Shown here piece after piece: positions 35,975 to 45,750 of a DNA stretch of 64,000 bases (its first letter is position 1; each line of letters opens with the position of its first letter). Source of the stretch: a phage; the sequence record PX436236.1, one strand, 5' to 3'. A program made the translations under genes and the position numbers. The notes beneath the pieces are model-generated. The model was given only the letters and a program-made list of their open reading frames with translations. It was not told the origin of the DNA and did no database searches.

Positions 35975-36993
35975 CGTGTAACCTCATTATAAAGTTGTGC
36001 GGCCATAGTCTTAAGGGCTTTAACATCGTCTTCAGTGTGGCCATCAGGGAGGGCATCGATATAATCATACATCATATCCAAGAGGGACTTAACTTCATCT
36101 TCCTCTTCAGAATCATCGATATCAACACTGTTATCTACCTTAGACACAATACGCAAAGAGTGGACAACCTTTTCAAGCTCTGATTCGAACTTGGTAAGGC
36201 CGTCATCGATTTTATCGACTATAACACGAACTGCGATATTTGTAAAATCTTTGTAATCGATAGTCGCGTTTGGATAATGAATCTTACGGTGCCAACAGGT
36301 TTCATTGATGATGAAATCCATTTTATGGGTTTCTGTATCGAAAATCCAGAAGCCACGAGGGTCGTTCTCATCACCTGCAGTCAGGGTCCATGGCGTACCA
36401 ATATACTTGACGTTTGCTGCATCAGAAATGGTGTGGAAGTGACCAGACCATACTTGCTTATACTTCTTAAGGAAATCAGGTTCTAAACCATGTGATTTCA
36501 TTCCTTTATAGAAATAGAAACCATTTAATTCCCAGTGGCCAATACAGAAATCGGCAGTAGTATTTTTGATATGGTCCATGATATCGGTCGTGTTTTCTTC
36601 ACACATCCATGGAATCAAATCAATTTCTGTACCATCAAAATTAACCGTAGTAGGTTTCTCAATAACCTTGATATGGTCGTATTTACCCAGAACTTCAGAA
36701 GCAGCGTTCGGAGTCAATGTGTTTTTGTAGTGCATATCATGGTTACCAACGACCGTATACATGGTAATGCCGTTGGCTTTAAGCAAATCGGAGATTTCGC
36801 GAGCGAATTCCATACACTTATGGGTAATTGCTTTACGAACGTCAAAGATATCACCGTATTGAATCCATACAGTAATGCCATTTGCTTTAGAATAATTAAT
36901 AGCGTCTTGGATACCTTGACGTTGGATATTTTGTACCCACACATCATCGGCCTTCACTCCAAGGTGCCAGTCACCTGTGTTTAATATTTTCAT
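35971..36993 (-). CDS. 47: recombination endonuclease subunit gp47 (SbcD/Mre11-like), 340 aa
   Basis: N-terminal phosphoesterase motif MKILNTGDWHLG; start set at MKIL. Confidence 0.88.
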   Translation of the reverse strand: MKILNTGDWHLGVKADDVWVQNIQRQGIQDAINYSKANGITVWIQYGDIFDVRKAITHKCMEFAREISDLLKANGITMYTVVGNHDMHYKNTLTPNAASEVLGKYDHIKVIEKPTTVNFDGTEIDLIPWMCEENTTDIMDHIKNTTADFCIGHWELNGFYFYKGMKSHGLEPDFLKKYKQVWSGHFHTISDAANVKYIGTPWTLTAGDENDPRGFWIFDTETHKMDFIINETCWHRKIHYPNATIDYKDFTNIAVRVIVDKIDDGLTKFESELEKVVHSLRIVSKVDNSVDIDDSEEEDEVKSLLDMMYDYIDALPDGHTEDDVKALKTMAAQLYNEVTR

Positions 36994-37133
36994 AAGCCAA
37001 GCGCCGTTATTGCAATGCAAAATAAAATTATTGAAATGAACCCGTCAGGAGTGGAAAAGAATCCTATCCAACAAGCTCGTGTGAATGTGTAGAATGCCAT
37101 GAATAACACGACATATCCTAAAAGTAGTTCCAT
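36990..37133 (-). CDS. possible small membrane protein, 47 aa
   Basis: Own translation MELLLGYVVLFMAFYTFTRACWIGFFSTPDGFISIILFCIAITALGL; GGAGAA RBS; stop overlaps the gp47 start. Confidence 0.4.
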   Translation of the reverse strand: MELLLGYVVLFMAFYTFTRACWIGFFSTPDGFISIILFCIAITALGL

Positions 37134-37153
37134 ATGTTCTCCTCAGTTGGTTC

Positions 37154-37178
37154 ATTTTATCATCCAAATATAAAGCAA
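37154..37178 (-). promoter_or_regulatory. Candidate middle promoter
   Basis: TTGCTTTA (MotA-box-like), 11 nt, TAAAAT. Confidence 0.35.
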
Positions 37179-37198
37179 AAAAGGAGCCTAAGCTCCTT
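37175..37198 (-). terminator. Terminator hairpin (AAGGAGC-UUAG-GCUCCUU) with U6
   Basis: Perfect stem followed by TTTTTTGC on the minus strand. Confidence 0.5.
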
Positions 37199-37419
37199 TA
37201 CCAACTAATACACCGTACAGAGGTTCGTGATTAGACCTGAACTTGATAGGCTTATAGGTAATAGTACCTTCATTTTCTGCTTTAATACGAGCGGCTTCAA
37301 ATTTAAGTATCATCTCATTTTTGTCAGATTTAATCTTATCAAAATCCATCGAATTCGTCATTCATACAACCTCTTAAACTTTTTCGTATTCGTCTTTCAT
37401 TAGCCGCCTGTCCACGTTA

Positions 37420-37620
37420 TCATCGTTGCCACCATTTCTTAAGTTGATGAGAATCTACCCAAACCTTGGCTACGGGCTCAATCCGAAAAATTCCATCGGA
37501 ATACTGGCCGACCATTTTATATTCGGTTTCGGACTGCTTAATACAGATATTACCGTATGAGCGAAGTCTAAAGGCGGCTCCAATAAGAAGCCGTTTAAAG
37601 GGTTTATTTACTAGGGCCAT
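37420..37620 (-). CDS. hypothetical protein, 66 aa
   Basis: ORF. Confidence 0.4.
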   Translation of the reverse strand: MALVNKPFKRLLIGAAFRLRSYGNICIKQSETEYKMVGQYSDGIFRIEPVAKVWVDSHQLKKWWQR

Positions 37621-37915
37621 TGACGATTTCCCAAATTTGTTTGCGGGTAGATTCCCACATCAATTGAACAAGTTCATCAGTAACAGGTTGACGGTAAATA
37701 CCACGTAATTTAATTAAAGCGTACTTATATGCTTCAAAGTTGTTTTCAAGTACAGCGCCTTGGGCATGGAGATTTAAACGACGGATTTCACGAGCATTCT
37801 TCTTAAGAATCTTAGCCGCTTGAGAATTAGCTTCTTTAATATTGTGCTCTTCTAAACGTTGCTGGGCTTCTTCAATTTGCTCATCAGTCAATTGAGAAAT
37901 GTCATGGCTTTGCAT
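37604..37915 (-). CDS. hypothetical protein, 103 aa
   Basis: ORF. Confidence 0.5.
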   Translation of the reverse strand: MQSHDISQLTDEQIEEAQQRLEEHNIKEANSQAAKILKKNAREIRRLNLHAQGAVLENNFEAYKYALIKLRGIYRQPVTDELVQLMWESTRKQIWEIVNGPSK

Positions 37916-37916
37916 A

Positions 37917-38183
37917 TTAATCCTTTGGAGTCAATTCAATAGTGAAGTAGAAATTAGCGTTCTCAACATGATAACGGTAATCTACGTTATTGTCAGGAGA
38001 AGTGAATTCAATATTCCTGACGTTAAGTGGGTCAATATCAATAGGAAGACCTTTAACATCCCGTAATATCAATTTAATAAAATAAGGGAGTGCTTCGAAG
38101 TCTTCCATTCCATCTAAAAGTGGAGTGATATTAATCTGATGTTCCATATAAAAAATCCAGTTCACCAACTTTAGGTTGGGCAC
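37917..38183 (-). CDS. hypothetical protein, up to 88 aa
   Basis: ORF; start uncertain because it overlaps the gp55 C-terminus. Confidence 0.4.
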   Translation of the reverse strand: MPNLKLVNWIFYMEHQINITPLLDGMEDFEALPYFIKLILRDVKGLPIDIDPLNVRNIEFTSPDNNVDYRYHVENANFYFTIELTPKD

Positions 38184-38688
38184 TCTTATCAGACCCTGGT
38201 GCTTTAGTTAAAGAGGTTTCATACTGAGTCATTTTGTCGTAGATATCTTGGATAAAGGTTTCATCTGCAATACCTACCATGTCGTCATCATTACTGTCAT
38301 AGACATTATGGACGAAGTAGCTATATTTCTTTGCCATTTCTTTACGTTCTTTTTTGATACGCTGAACGAAGGCATTAAAACAAGCCATAGTGATATATGC
38401 ATGTGGGTTGTCGTATTTTGTTTCGTCGAAGTTGTGAAGACCTTTAATCGAAGCTTCGATTCCATCAGCAATCATTTCTTGCTTCCAAGATTGGGTATAT
38501 CCTGAGAAGTTGAAACGTTTACTTAGTCCTTCAGCAATGAGCATAATAGCCAAGCCGATAACGTCGTTCTGGCGAACTATTTTATTAGGATCGGTATTTT
38601 CTCTGAGTTCTGTTTTCCATTGGGTGATAGCTTTCAGAAGCTCCTTATTATTTACATAGTTATTTTTAGTCAGTTTAATTTCGGTCAT
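38131..38688 (-). CDS. 55: late-transcription sigma factor gp55, 185 aa
   Basis: Near-identical central region to T4 gp55 ([52 protein letters not shown]). Confidence 0.92.
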   Translation of the reverse strand: MTEIKLTKNNYVNNKELLKAITQWKTELRENTDPNKIVRQNDVIGLAIMLIAEGLSKRFNFSGYTQSWKQEMIADGIEASIKGLHNFDETKYDNPHAYITMACFNAFVQRIKKERKEMAKKYSYFVHNVYDSNDDDMVGIADETFIQDIYDKMTQYETSLTKAPGSDKSAQPKVGELDFLYGTSD

Positions 38689-38754
38689 TGTTACCTCAGA
38701 TAACTCAAATCATAGGTCTATTATATCATAGTATTTGAAGACCCTTTTAAAGCA

Positions 38755-39018
38755 TCAACGGAGTAAGCAATAAGCCTGAAATACGGTTTCAAGGATTTGT
38801 GTGAACTCGGAATAAGAAATTGTATCAGTACATCCATGTTCAGACATATATCCACAAAATTCTTTAAAAAGACCTGGATATTCGCGATGGTTGTATTTGG
38901 AAATATGAGACTTCCATACTAAAGAAGTCTCACCACAAACAAACTCAACATCCATACAGTTATCTATTAAGAAAAATCCGAGACCTTCGTAGGCGAGGGT
39001 GGTGGATATGGGTTTCAT
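38755..39018 (-). CDS. hypothetical protein, 87 aa
   Basis: ORF. Confidence 0.45.
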   Translation of the reverse strand: MKPISTTLAYEGLGFFLIDNCMDVEFVCGETSLVWKSHISKYNHREYPGLFKEFCGYMSEHGCTDTISYSEFTQILETVFQAYCLLR

Positions 39019-39281
39019 TGTAGGAATCGAGCTCCTTCCAATGCGTCATCTAGGTTATCGAACTCGTCGACGTAATCAACACCGCCAACCTCATCTTTTG
39101 CATACAGCCAATACTGTTTAAATTCGTATTCGATGATAAAGTGGTCACCCTCAATCTGGAGAGTCCCATCACCATTAAATTGAACTGCATAACCTGTAAA
39201 GCGGACATCATTCAAGAGTTCTTCTTTCATAGCAATCATTTCCAAGTTTTTATCGTAATTAGAGAGTTTTATTTTAATCAT
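39015..39281 (-). CDS. hypothetical protein, 88 aa
   Basis: ORF. Confidence 0.45.
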   Translation of the reverse strand: MIKIKLSNYDKNLEMIAMKEELLNDVRFTGYAVQFNGDGTLQIEGDHFIIEYEFKQYWLYAKDEVGGVDYVDEFDNLDDALEGARFLQ

Positions 39282-39522
39282 TCAAATAATCCTCAAATTC
39301 ATTTAATGTCATGCCTTCATCCCAAGCTATTTTTGGGTCAGGCATTTTCATATAAGTGGTTTTAGAGCTTATAGGAAATATCCTGAAATCACGATGACTT
39401 CCACTTAGCATCTTAGCCGCTTTTATAATAGTTTCAATATTATTCATCATGGGTGTACGTTGGAACCCGGCTAAAGCTTTAAGGACTATTATAACCGATA
39501 CACCCTCAGGCAAATTATTCAT
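39274..39522 (-). CDS. hypothetical protein, 82 aa
   Basis: ORF. Confidence 0.45.
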   Translation of the reverse strand: MNNLPEGVSVIIVLKALAGFQRTPMMNNIETIIKAAKMLSGSHRDFRIFPISSKTTYMKMPDPKIAWDEGMTLNEFEDYLND

Positions 39523-39848
39523 TTAGCTGCCTTAACAATTTTCAGGTCGACGAATTTTTTCTTACGTTGGTTTTTCATACGACGGATAGTTTTATCCGTG
39601 ATTTCACCAGGGCACCAAGCTTTAGATTCTACACCAAAGGCAGCGACATCGAATTCATCGAGGATATATTGAACCAGGATTTCACGAATACCGTTCTTAC
39701 CAATTTTCTGGTCTTTAGAGTGCATGATAGGTAACAGTTCAGCAACCCATTGGTCAAGAACCTGAGGAGTTACAAAACCTGTTTTCATCAGTTCGTTTAC
39801 TTTATCGAAAGCGAAAGAGTTCAGTACGTTTTTAATAGCTTGTGACAT
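39519..39848 (-). CDS. hypothetical protein, 109 aa
   Basis: Start set at MSQAIKN, preceded by GAGGAAA and a promoter. Confidence 0.5.
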   Translation of the reverse strand: MSQAIKNVLNSFAFDKVNELMKTGFVTPQVLDQWVAELLPIMHSKDQKIGKNGIREILVQYILDEFDVAAFGVESKAWCPGEITDKTIRRMKNQRKKKFVDLKIVKAAK

Positions 39849-39882
39849 AATAATTTCCTCAGTTTTAAAGTTATAATCCGTA

Positions 39883-39917
39883 GGACCATTATACTCTGGT
39901 CCCAAGAGTTTGTAAAC
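39883..39917 (-). promoter_or_regulatory. Early promoter (GTTTAC, 18 nt, TATAAT) with inverted repeat GGACCA/TGGTCC flanking the -10
   Basis: Seen on the minus strand just upstream of the 39519-39848 ORF. Confidence 0.45.
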
Positions 39918-40165
39918 TATTTTTGACTCATTGCACCTTTCCAGCCTTCGTACATAGATGCAGCTGAAATTAATAAAGCGCCTGAACAACTTGAATATTT
40001 GTGGTTCCAAAACCAGTTCAGAAAAACTTCGTCATCAATACCTTGGGCTATCATATTTTCAAAGAACTGACGACGAGCTTCAGCAATTCGCTGTGATAAT
40101 TTAGATTCAGGATTCATTTTAAATTTTCCAGTTTCCGTGTTTATCAATGAATTTAATCCAGTCAT
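39917..40165 (-). CDS. hypothetical protein, 82 aa
   Basis: ORF. Confidence 0.4.
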   Translation of the reverse strand: MTGLNSLINTETGKFKMNPESKLSQRIAEARRQFFENMIAQGIDDEVFLNWFWNHKYSSCSGALLISAASMYEGWKGAMSQK

Positions 40166-40343
40166 TTACTGACCACGTGGTTGTATCGCCCTTTGGACTA
40201 ACATTTAAAGTGTATAGTCCTTGCTTAAAAAGCATTCGTTTGATATTCATATTTTCCTCAGCTATAACGATAACATTCGTTTGATTTACGTTTTGCAACT
40301 CGATGAGAAGTATTGTAATCAGGTTCATCGTCATTGTAAACAT
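40119..40343 (-). CDS. hypothetical protein, 74 aa
   Basis: ORF. Confidence 0.4.
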   Translation of the reverse strand: MFTMTMNLITILLIELQNVNQTNVIVIAEENMNIKRMLFKQGLYTLNVSPKGDTTTWSVNDWIKFIDKHGNWKI

Positions 40344-40551
40344 CTTTTTTCAGCTTTCTCACTTCTTTACGAAGCTGGCGGTTCATTTCGTTCTTAACTT
40401 CAGAATCAACACCGCGCATACGTTTCCACTTGTCAGAACGGAAGATATTTTCTTCAACCAGTTCCTGACTTACGCCGTCCGGTGCTTTACGACGTCCGGA
40501 ATAATAAAAATCTTTTACAGACAATTCTTTACGACGAATAGTTTTACCCAT
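40258..40551 (-). CDS. hypothetical basic protein, 97 aa
   Basis: ORF. Confidence 0.45.
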   Translation of the reverse strand: MGKTIRRKELSVKDFYYSGRRKAPDGVSQELVEENIFRSDKWKRMRGVDSEVKNEMNRQLRKEVRKLKKDVYNDDEPDYNTSHRVAKRKSNECYRYS

Positions 40552-40553
40552 AG

Positions 40554-40808
40554 TTACCTCAGCAGTTTGTATCCAATAAGATTTTTAATGTATTGGACAT
40601 CTTTGACATCCAAATCTAACTTAATATCTTTCAGGCGTTCGGTCAGAGTAAGAAATGATACACGTTTCCAATTCTTAACAGGACAGCAATAAGTTTTCGG
40701 GCCGTTGGCGATTTCAATATTCTTATCAGTGACGGTGAGAAAAATCAGGCGCTCATCATCCAGATTAAGGGTGACGACATTTTTCATTGAATGTAATTTC
40801 AGGCTCAT
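40554..40808 (-). CDS. hypothetical protein, 84 aa
   Basis: ORF. Confidence 0.45.
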   Translation of the reverse strand: MSLKLHSMKNVVTLNLDDERLIFLTVTDKNIEIANGPKTYCCPVKNWKRVSFLTLTERLKDIKLDLDVKDVQYIKNLIGYKLLR

Positions 40809-40987
40809 GATTTAATTTCCTTAGCTACTGAACAAAATAAAGAACGGTCACACACCATCAATGGAGCATCAGGGTGAGTCAAAGGTTGATACCATACATC
40901 GAGATTTGTTACCTTTGTTACTTGAACAGGGTAGCCATTTACTGAATAATACTGGTCGGCTTTAATTTCTTTATCTTGGATAGTCAT
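40805..40987 (-). CDS. hypothetical protein, 60 aa
   Basis: ORF preceded by a promoter cassette. Confidence 0.4.
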   Translation of the reverse strand: MTIQDKEIKADQYYSVNGYPVQVTKVTNLDVWYQPLTHPDAPLMVCDRSLFCSVAKEIKS

Positions 40988-41002
40988 AATGTTCTCCTCA
41001 TG

Positions 41003-41045
41003 TGTTGATAGGATAGACTATAACACGTGAGGAGAGGAAGTAAAT
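41003..41045 (-). promoter_or_regulatory. Early-promoter cassette (ATTTAC, TATAGT, CTATCCTATCAAC)
   Basis: Spacer TCTCCTCACGTG pairs with downstream CACATGAGGAGA, one mismatch. Confidence 0.5.
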
Positions 41046-41046
41046 A

Positions 41047-41364
41047 CTAATCTTCAATTAAATCTTGGTCATAACCAAGTTCAATCAAAAGCGATTTGAA
41101 GGCAGGAATATTTTCTATTTTCTTATTATCGACAAATATGACAGGATAGCGTATCGCTAAGCTCTTGAAGCCTGCACGTTTGGCCAATGATACTATAAGA
41201 GGCTTGTCGTATACTGCGCCTGACGGCGTCTGGTTAATCACAGGATAGAAAGTATGTGGGATAGAAAGGGAATTTAGGAGCGATAGAACAGCAATGCACC
41301 CTGGACAGCGCATGACTGTCTCAGGGATACCGTAAATCTCAATTTTAGTTAACTTTTGGTCCAC
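41047..41364 (-). CDS. thioredoxin/glutaredoxin-fold protein with CPGC motif, 105 aa
   Basis: MRCPGCIAV near the N-terminus. Confidence 0.45.
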   Translation of the reverse strand: MDQKLTKIEIYGIPETVMRCPGCIAVLSLLNSLSIPHTFYPVINQTPSGAVYDKPLIVSLAKRAGFKSLAIRYPVIFVDNKKIENIPAFKSLLIELGYDQDLIED

Positions 41365-41641
41365 AGGAAATAACTCCTTGGTAGTCCCAGGTTTTTAGAA
41401 CTTCGTCATCAACAGTTTCATAAGGAACATAAATCTGTACAAGGAACCCGGTATCATCAAAAGAGAAATAGACAGTAGGTTTAATACCATGAATCTCTGA
41501 TAAAGCGTAGATGTCCTTGAGGTCTTCTTCCTTACCTTTAAAGAATTCCGGGTTCAGGTCACAGTCATGGAAGTACCAATCATCACCAAACTTGTCCCAA
41601 GCGGTCCAATTCAAAGCTACATATTCTTCAAAACGTTTCAT
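41345..41641 (-). CDS. hypothetical protein, 98 aa
   Basis: ORF. Confidence 0.45.
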   Translation of the reverse strand: MKRFEEYVALNWTAWDKFGDDWYFHDCDLNPEFFKGKEEDLKDIYALSEIHGIKPTVYFSFDDTGFLVQIYVPYETVDDEVLKTWDYQGVISCGPKVN

Positions 41642-41865
41642 TCTTTCACCTTCATCATTTTTGCAATAACACTATGAACAGCCTGGATTCGTTTTTCGAA
41701 CTCAGACCCTTCAAGACCTTTTTCAGTACTCAGGGCACCAATAATCATAAACAGCAATCCAAATGGGACGACCAGGATTAAAAGGCACACGATAAACAAG
41801 ACAAATGTAATATTGGCCAGGATATCAGAAACAGCATTACGAAATTTGTTCATACGATAGTCCAT
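41638..41865 (-). CDS. small membrane protein, 75 aa
   Basis: Hydrophobic core FVLFIVCLLILVVPFGLLFMIIGAL. Confidence 0.45.
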   Translation of the reverse strand: MDYRMNKFRNAVSDILANITFVLFIVCLLILVVPFGLLFMIIGALSTEKGLEGSEFEKRIQAVHSVIAKMMKVKE

Positions 41866-41978
41866 GTATTAGTTACAACAAATAACCATTGAGCAGGATA
41901 CTCAACACCCATGCGCCGGATAATATCATTCATAGATTCGGTTAAGGCATAAAATGCGTAGCCATAAAAATTAATCAT
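41850..41978 (-). CDS. possible small protein, 42 aa
   Basis: Own translation MINFYGYAFYALTESMNDIIRRMGVEYPAQWLFVVTNTWTIV; GAGGAAA RBS. Confidence 0.3.
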   Translation of the reverse strand: MINFYGYAFYALTESMNDIIRRMGVEYPAQWLFVVTNTWTIV

Positions 41979-41994
41979 TTAAGCGATTTCCTCA

Positions 41995-43068
41995 TTAAGA
42001 TTTCAAATAAGTTATATAACTTTCCAACCATTCAATCATTTCTGATTTTTCGGCAGTAGTCATAGGATTAACTATATCTTTAAAACTGTTAAGCATTACT
42101 TGAGACGTAACTTTTGTCTTTTCGGTTTTTACCAATTCGATAGAGCCAAGTTTTTTAATATGGTCTTCTTTGCTTTCGACTACTAATTTAACAGCTCTTC
42201 CATCTTTAATAGCTTTGTTAGCCTGACCGCGAGTCATACCGTAAAATTCTTCTAACTCGGAATTGGATAAAAATTTTGTTCCTGAAGAAACGTCCTGAAA
42301 TTTATAACGCTGACGAGCAATATCTGGTGGAAGGCCCCATCGGTCTTTAATTAGGTCGAGGGTTCCTTGAAGAAGCCTTGTTAAATGGTTGCTACTTAAA
42401 TCATTATTACGAGCGAATTCGTTTTGATTTATTACTTCCACCGGCTTGTTTTCTTCATAGTCCCATATAGTAAATTTAGAGCAATTATAGGTAACAGAAT
42501 GTTTTTCCATTTTAGAACGACCAAATTGCCATCCAGATTTAATATACTCACTAACTTCATCAGGTTTAACGTACTTGGTTTTCTGGCCAATTTTATACAT
42601 CATAGGCCAAGAAACATGCTCATTCCCTTTATCAAATTCCATCCATCTTGCAATATCATCCTCTGTTAAATCGTCAAAGCAGTTAGGGTTGAAATGCCCG
42701 CCAATTTGTTTATTGAGCCACATAGGGTCTCGTAAAACATCATTGGCTAATTGCATTTCCATTTCTGCCATAAGAGTTTTACCCCAAGTAGGGTACCATC
42801 CTACAATAAGATATTCTTTTGGACTTATACCCTTTTCTATCATTGCGTTCAATTCATTGGATGATGAGGTATAGGTTTTCCAATCAGATTCCTCAAACCC
42901 TTTTTTAGGACCACGTTTAAATGTGCAAGGTGCAGCTTTGATTCGTTTCCAAATCTTTTTAGCACCGACATATTTTTTGCCATCTTCAAAAGTGATTACA
43001 TACACAAATCCAATATAATTTTTAATATCAACTTCTTCAAATACCGCCCAATGCCCGAAATCTTGCAT
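41995..43068 (-). CDS. GIY-YIG (Seg-type) homing endonuclease, 357 aa
   Basis: N-terminal GFVYVITFEDGKKYVGA motif (GIY...YIG variant). Confidence 0.55.
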   Translation of the reverse strand: MQDFGHWAVFEEVDIKNYIGFVYVITFEDGKKYVGAKKIWKRIKAAPCTFKRGPKKGFEESDWKTYTSSSNELNAMIEKGISPKEYLIVGWYPTWGKTLMAEMEMQLANDVLRDPMWLNKQIGGHFNPNCFDDLTEDDIARWMEFDKGNEHVSWPMMYKIGQKTKYVKPDEVSEYIKSGWQFGRSKMEKHSVTYNCSKFTIWDYEENKPVEVINQNEFARNNDLSSNHLTRLLQGTLDLIKDRWGLPPDIARQRYKFQDVSSGTKFLSNSELEEFYGMTRGQANKAIKDGRAVKLVVESKEDHIKKLGSIELVKTEKTKVTSQVMLNSFKDIVNPMTTAEKSEMIEWLESYITYLKS

Positions 43069-43105
43069 GACCTATACCCTTACCATTATTAGATAAGGGT
43101 ATTTA

Positions 43106-43315
43106 TTATTTTTCAAATGTACTATAAAACGAGCGATGCAACCGTTTAAATTGACGAATCATCTTTTTAGTAGGACGGGTGTATAACCCTACACAAGTGG
43201 CCATAAACTGATCAGTAGGACTTCCTTTAATAAGAAGTTTCCAGACTTTACCGCCATTTAACTTTTCAGTATAAATCAGTTCAGTTTTCATAGTAAAACC
43301 CATATTCCATATCAA
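43106..43315 (-). CDS. hypothetical protein, 69 aa
   Basis: ORF. Confidence 0.4.
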   Translation of the reverse strand: MIWNMGFTMKTELIYTEKLNGGKVWKLLIKGSPTDQFMATCVGLYTRPTKKMIRQFKRLHRSFYSTFEK

Positions 43316-43422
43316 TTAAATCATTGTTTGAAGGTTCATTATACTCTATTTCGGAATCGTTGTAAACGGGTTCCTCTGGCTCGGTAGGTTCTATCGTATC
43401 CCACCGAGCGACATACCATGGC

Positions 43423-43731
43423 TTAACGGTCACACCACCAACTACTTACTTCAAAATCAGGTTCACCGTGTTCCCAGTACCAAGGACCGACTGGATGCCA
43501 ATCACCGTGTTCATCTTCTTCAAATTCTTCAGATTCAAGGCCAACGTATTGCCATTGGACTTCATAAGCAGTGCCACCGATTACAACGGTGTTCTCGCCA
43601 TATGGATGAGCTACAGCAAAGTCTACACCTTCTGCTTTAGCCAGCCAAACCATATATTCGTATAGTTTATATTCCAGGTCATCTTCGGTACCATCACCTA
43701 GAAAAATGGTTTGTTCGTTTAATTCAATCAT
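43423..43731 (-). CDS. hypothetical acidic protein, 102 aa
   Basis: Start set at MIELNEQ, whose ATG overlaps the stop of the small ORF upstream. Confidence 0.45.
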   Translation of the reverse strand: MIELNEQTIFLGDGTEDDLEYKLYEYMVWLAKAEGVDFAVAHPYGENTVVIGGTAYEVQWQYVGLESEEFEEDEHGDWHPVGPWYWEHGEPDFEVSSWWCDR

Positions 43732-43889
43732 TTGAAGTTCCAGAATGAAGCACCAACCAGAAATAAAGGCCAACAAATCATAGACGTCAGCCATGAACAA
43801 AAGTCACCTGAATCATCTAATTTAGCTAGGGTCTTAGCATAACCAATACCGATGATAAGATACAAAACAACCAACATTAATTCAATCAT
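43728..43889 (-). CDS. possible small membrane protein, 53 aa
   Basis: Own translation MIELMLVVLYLIIGIGYAKTLAKLDDSGDFCSWL...; follows the nrdC stop. Confidence 0.35.
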   Translation of the reverse strand: MIELMLVVLYLIIGIGYAKTLAKLDDSGDFCSWLTSMICWPLFLVGASFWNFK

Positions 43890-44149
43890 TTGAAATACGC
43901 TCGCAGTTGGTCAAAGCCACCAATATGACTTCCATCAGGAGCAAATACCTGAGGCATAGTCAAACCTACCTGAGATTCACGTCCAAGAGCAGTCAAGAGT
44001 TCAGCAATCTTCTCATCATCAAATACGCCTTTTTCCGGCATCACGTTAATGAATTCGTAAGGTTGTTTCTTAACATCAAGCAGACGTTTGGCATTATCAC
44101 AGAAAACACAACGGTGAATATTTGAATCATAACCATAAACTTTAAACAT
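43886..44149 (-). CDS. nrdC: glutaredoxin NrdC, 87 aa
   Basis: Near-identical to T4 NrdC (MFKVYGYDSNIHRCVFCDNAKRLL...MPQVFAPDGSHIGGFDQLRAYFK). Confidence 0.92.
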   Translation of the reverse strand: MFKVYGYDSNIHRCVFCDNAKRLLDVKKQPYEFINVMPEKGVFDDEKIAELLTALGRESQVGLTMPQVFAPDGSHIGGFDQLRAYFK

Positions 44150-44150
44150 T

Positions 44151-44387
44151 TTAAATTCCTAATATTTGTTTGAATGCTTCAGAACGGTCAAGTTCTGTTC
44201 CATATTTTTCCATGTGCTCATATTTTAAATTATACACATCAGATAGTATATTATTATACGAGCGAGTTAAAGCAGATTTCAATACTGAATAACTGTCCGG
44301 AAATTTACCATGCTCTTTATAATAAGCTAAAGTAAGTTCGCGGACTGCCTTATCGGCAGCCTCTACATATTCTTTACGCTTTGCCAT
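44151..44387 (-). CDS. hypothetical protein, 78 aa
   Basis: Start set at MAKRKEY; the longer ORF overlaps its neighbour. Confidence 0.4.
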   Translation of the reverse strand: MAKRKEYVEAADKAVRELTLAYYKEHGKFPDSYSVLKSALTRSYNNILSDVYNLKYEHMEKYGTELDRSEAFKQILGI

Positions 44388-44685
44388 TTTCTTCTCGCTC
44401 AAATTTATGTTTACAATGGCGGCATTTGTAACGAAGATTACTAGTCTGCCAATGGACCAATTGAACCTGTTCTGTGCCGCACTTAGGACAGTTAGGAACA
44501 TTCTTAGAAGCTTGTTCTCGTCGTGCGACCATAGCCATTACAGCATCCCAATTAACGGCATCATCATAATCATCACAACCATGAATTTTACCAACCAATT
44601 CAACTTCAACATCCGCGGCTTTAATAAATTTCAATAAACCAGTATTAGATGCTGAAGCAATATCTTCAGCTAAACGTTGTTTCAT
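44374..44685 (-). CDS. zinc-ribbon protein, 103 aa
   Basis: C-terminal CPKCG...CRHCKHKF. Confidence 0.45.
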   Translation of the reverse strand: MKQRLAEDIASASNTGLLKFIKAADVEVELVGKIHGCDDYDDAVNWDAVMAMVARREQASKNVPNCPKCGTEQVQLVHWQTSNLRYKCRHCKHKFEREENGKA

Positions 44686-45692
44686 TTCAGCAGCTCCAGA
44701 GCCTGTTCAAGACGGTCTAAACGATTGGTAGACTCTTCCCAAAGTTTCTTGGCGGCGGTATATTGGCCAGTCAGTTTTTTGTTGATAGCAAGGGCGTCTT
44801 TATACGCTTTTTCCAAGGCAACGACTTCCGGTAACTTGGATTTAGTAATTGGTGTAGGGGCCATGATAGGGCTGTTCAAGTCGTTAATCAAGTCTTCTAA
44901 TGTAGCAGGCTCTTTATCAGTGTTCACAATTTCCTCACATTTTTCTTTGTAAATTTCAGCATCAGTTTTTGGAACGGTACATTTGATTTCACGGACTGTT
45001 ACTAAGACTTCATATCCTTTCCAGCCTATGTGGTGTTTAACTTCTTGGGTCTCATATTTCTCTACGGTATCCATCAGAGCTAAAGCCTGTTCGATAGTAT
45101 TCAAGGTATCGTAAGCAATATCTTGATACTTTACAACTTCCACATCATCTTTAGGTTTCCTATTAGGTGACCAAATAACAGAAATAATAGCTTTTCCTTT
45201 ATAACTATTTGTTTTAATCATGCAATTAGCCATCGGGTGAATAGTACGACAATCACCGGAAACTATAGTTTTAGAGGCCGCTTTGAGAATTAATGCAGAG
45301 TTAGCCTTGAATTCGCTAACCCAACGTTGCGGAAATAAACTATTAGGGTCCATACCTTTAATTTTGATATAACCTTTTATGGTATCACCAAACCATTTGT
45401 AGCTAACAACACGGCTAGAACCTGGATGTTTCTCTTTGCCAAACTCTGAAAGGATGTCCTTATTGACCAGTCGAGAAAGCAGTCGAGAACCTTTAAATGT
45501 ATCTACGATATCAGAAATAAACAAACGGCCTGCAATCTTTTCGATTTCGGCTTTGAAACAGCGCGATAATGCATCATCAATTTGGTCGACCCATTTATTG
45601 ATATTAGAAACTATTACCTCGTATGGGGTTAACGGAGGGGTGTTGGTAGTGATATACGTAGTAAAGGCATTGATGTATTCAGTACGAGTCAT
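44682..45692 (-). CDS. hypothetical protein, 336 aa
   Basis: Start set at MTRTEY, preceded by GAGGAGAA and a promoter (GTTTAC, 18 nt, TATAAT at 45720-45749). Confidence 0.5.
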   Translation of the reverse strand: MTRTEYINAFTTYITTNTPPLTPYEVIVSNINKWVDQIDDALSRCFKAEIEKIAGRLFISDIVDTFKGSRLLSRLVNKDILSEFGKEKHPGSSRVVSYKWFGDTIKGYIKIKGMDPNSLFPQRWVSEFKANSALILKAASKTIVSGDCRTIHPMANCMIKTNSYKGKAIISVIWSPNRKPKDDVEVVKYQDIAYDTLNTIEQALALMDTVEKYETQEVKHHIGWKGYEVLVTVREIKCTVPKTDAEIYKEKCEEIVNTDKEPATLEDLINDLNSPIMAPTPITKSKLPEVVALEKAYKDALAINKKLTGQYTAAKKLWEESTNRLDRLEQALELLK

Positions 45693-45750
45693 GATATTCT
45701 CCTCAGTAGATTTAAAAAGATTATACTCCATCCGTCCTTGGATGTAAACA

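Noticed and set aside
37188-37349. A 53-aa ORF (MDFDKIKSDKNEMILKFEAARIKAENEGTITYKPIKFRSNHEPLYGVLVGKGA) between gene 47 and the next ORF
   Set aside because: It has no SD of its own, the nearby AAGAGG serves an 8-codon ORF, and its stop lies inside the terminator hairpin; too uncertain to list as a feature.
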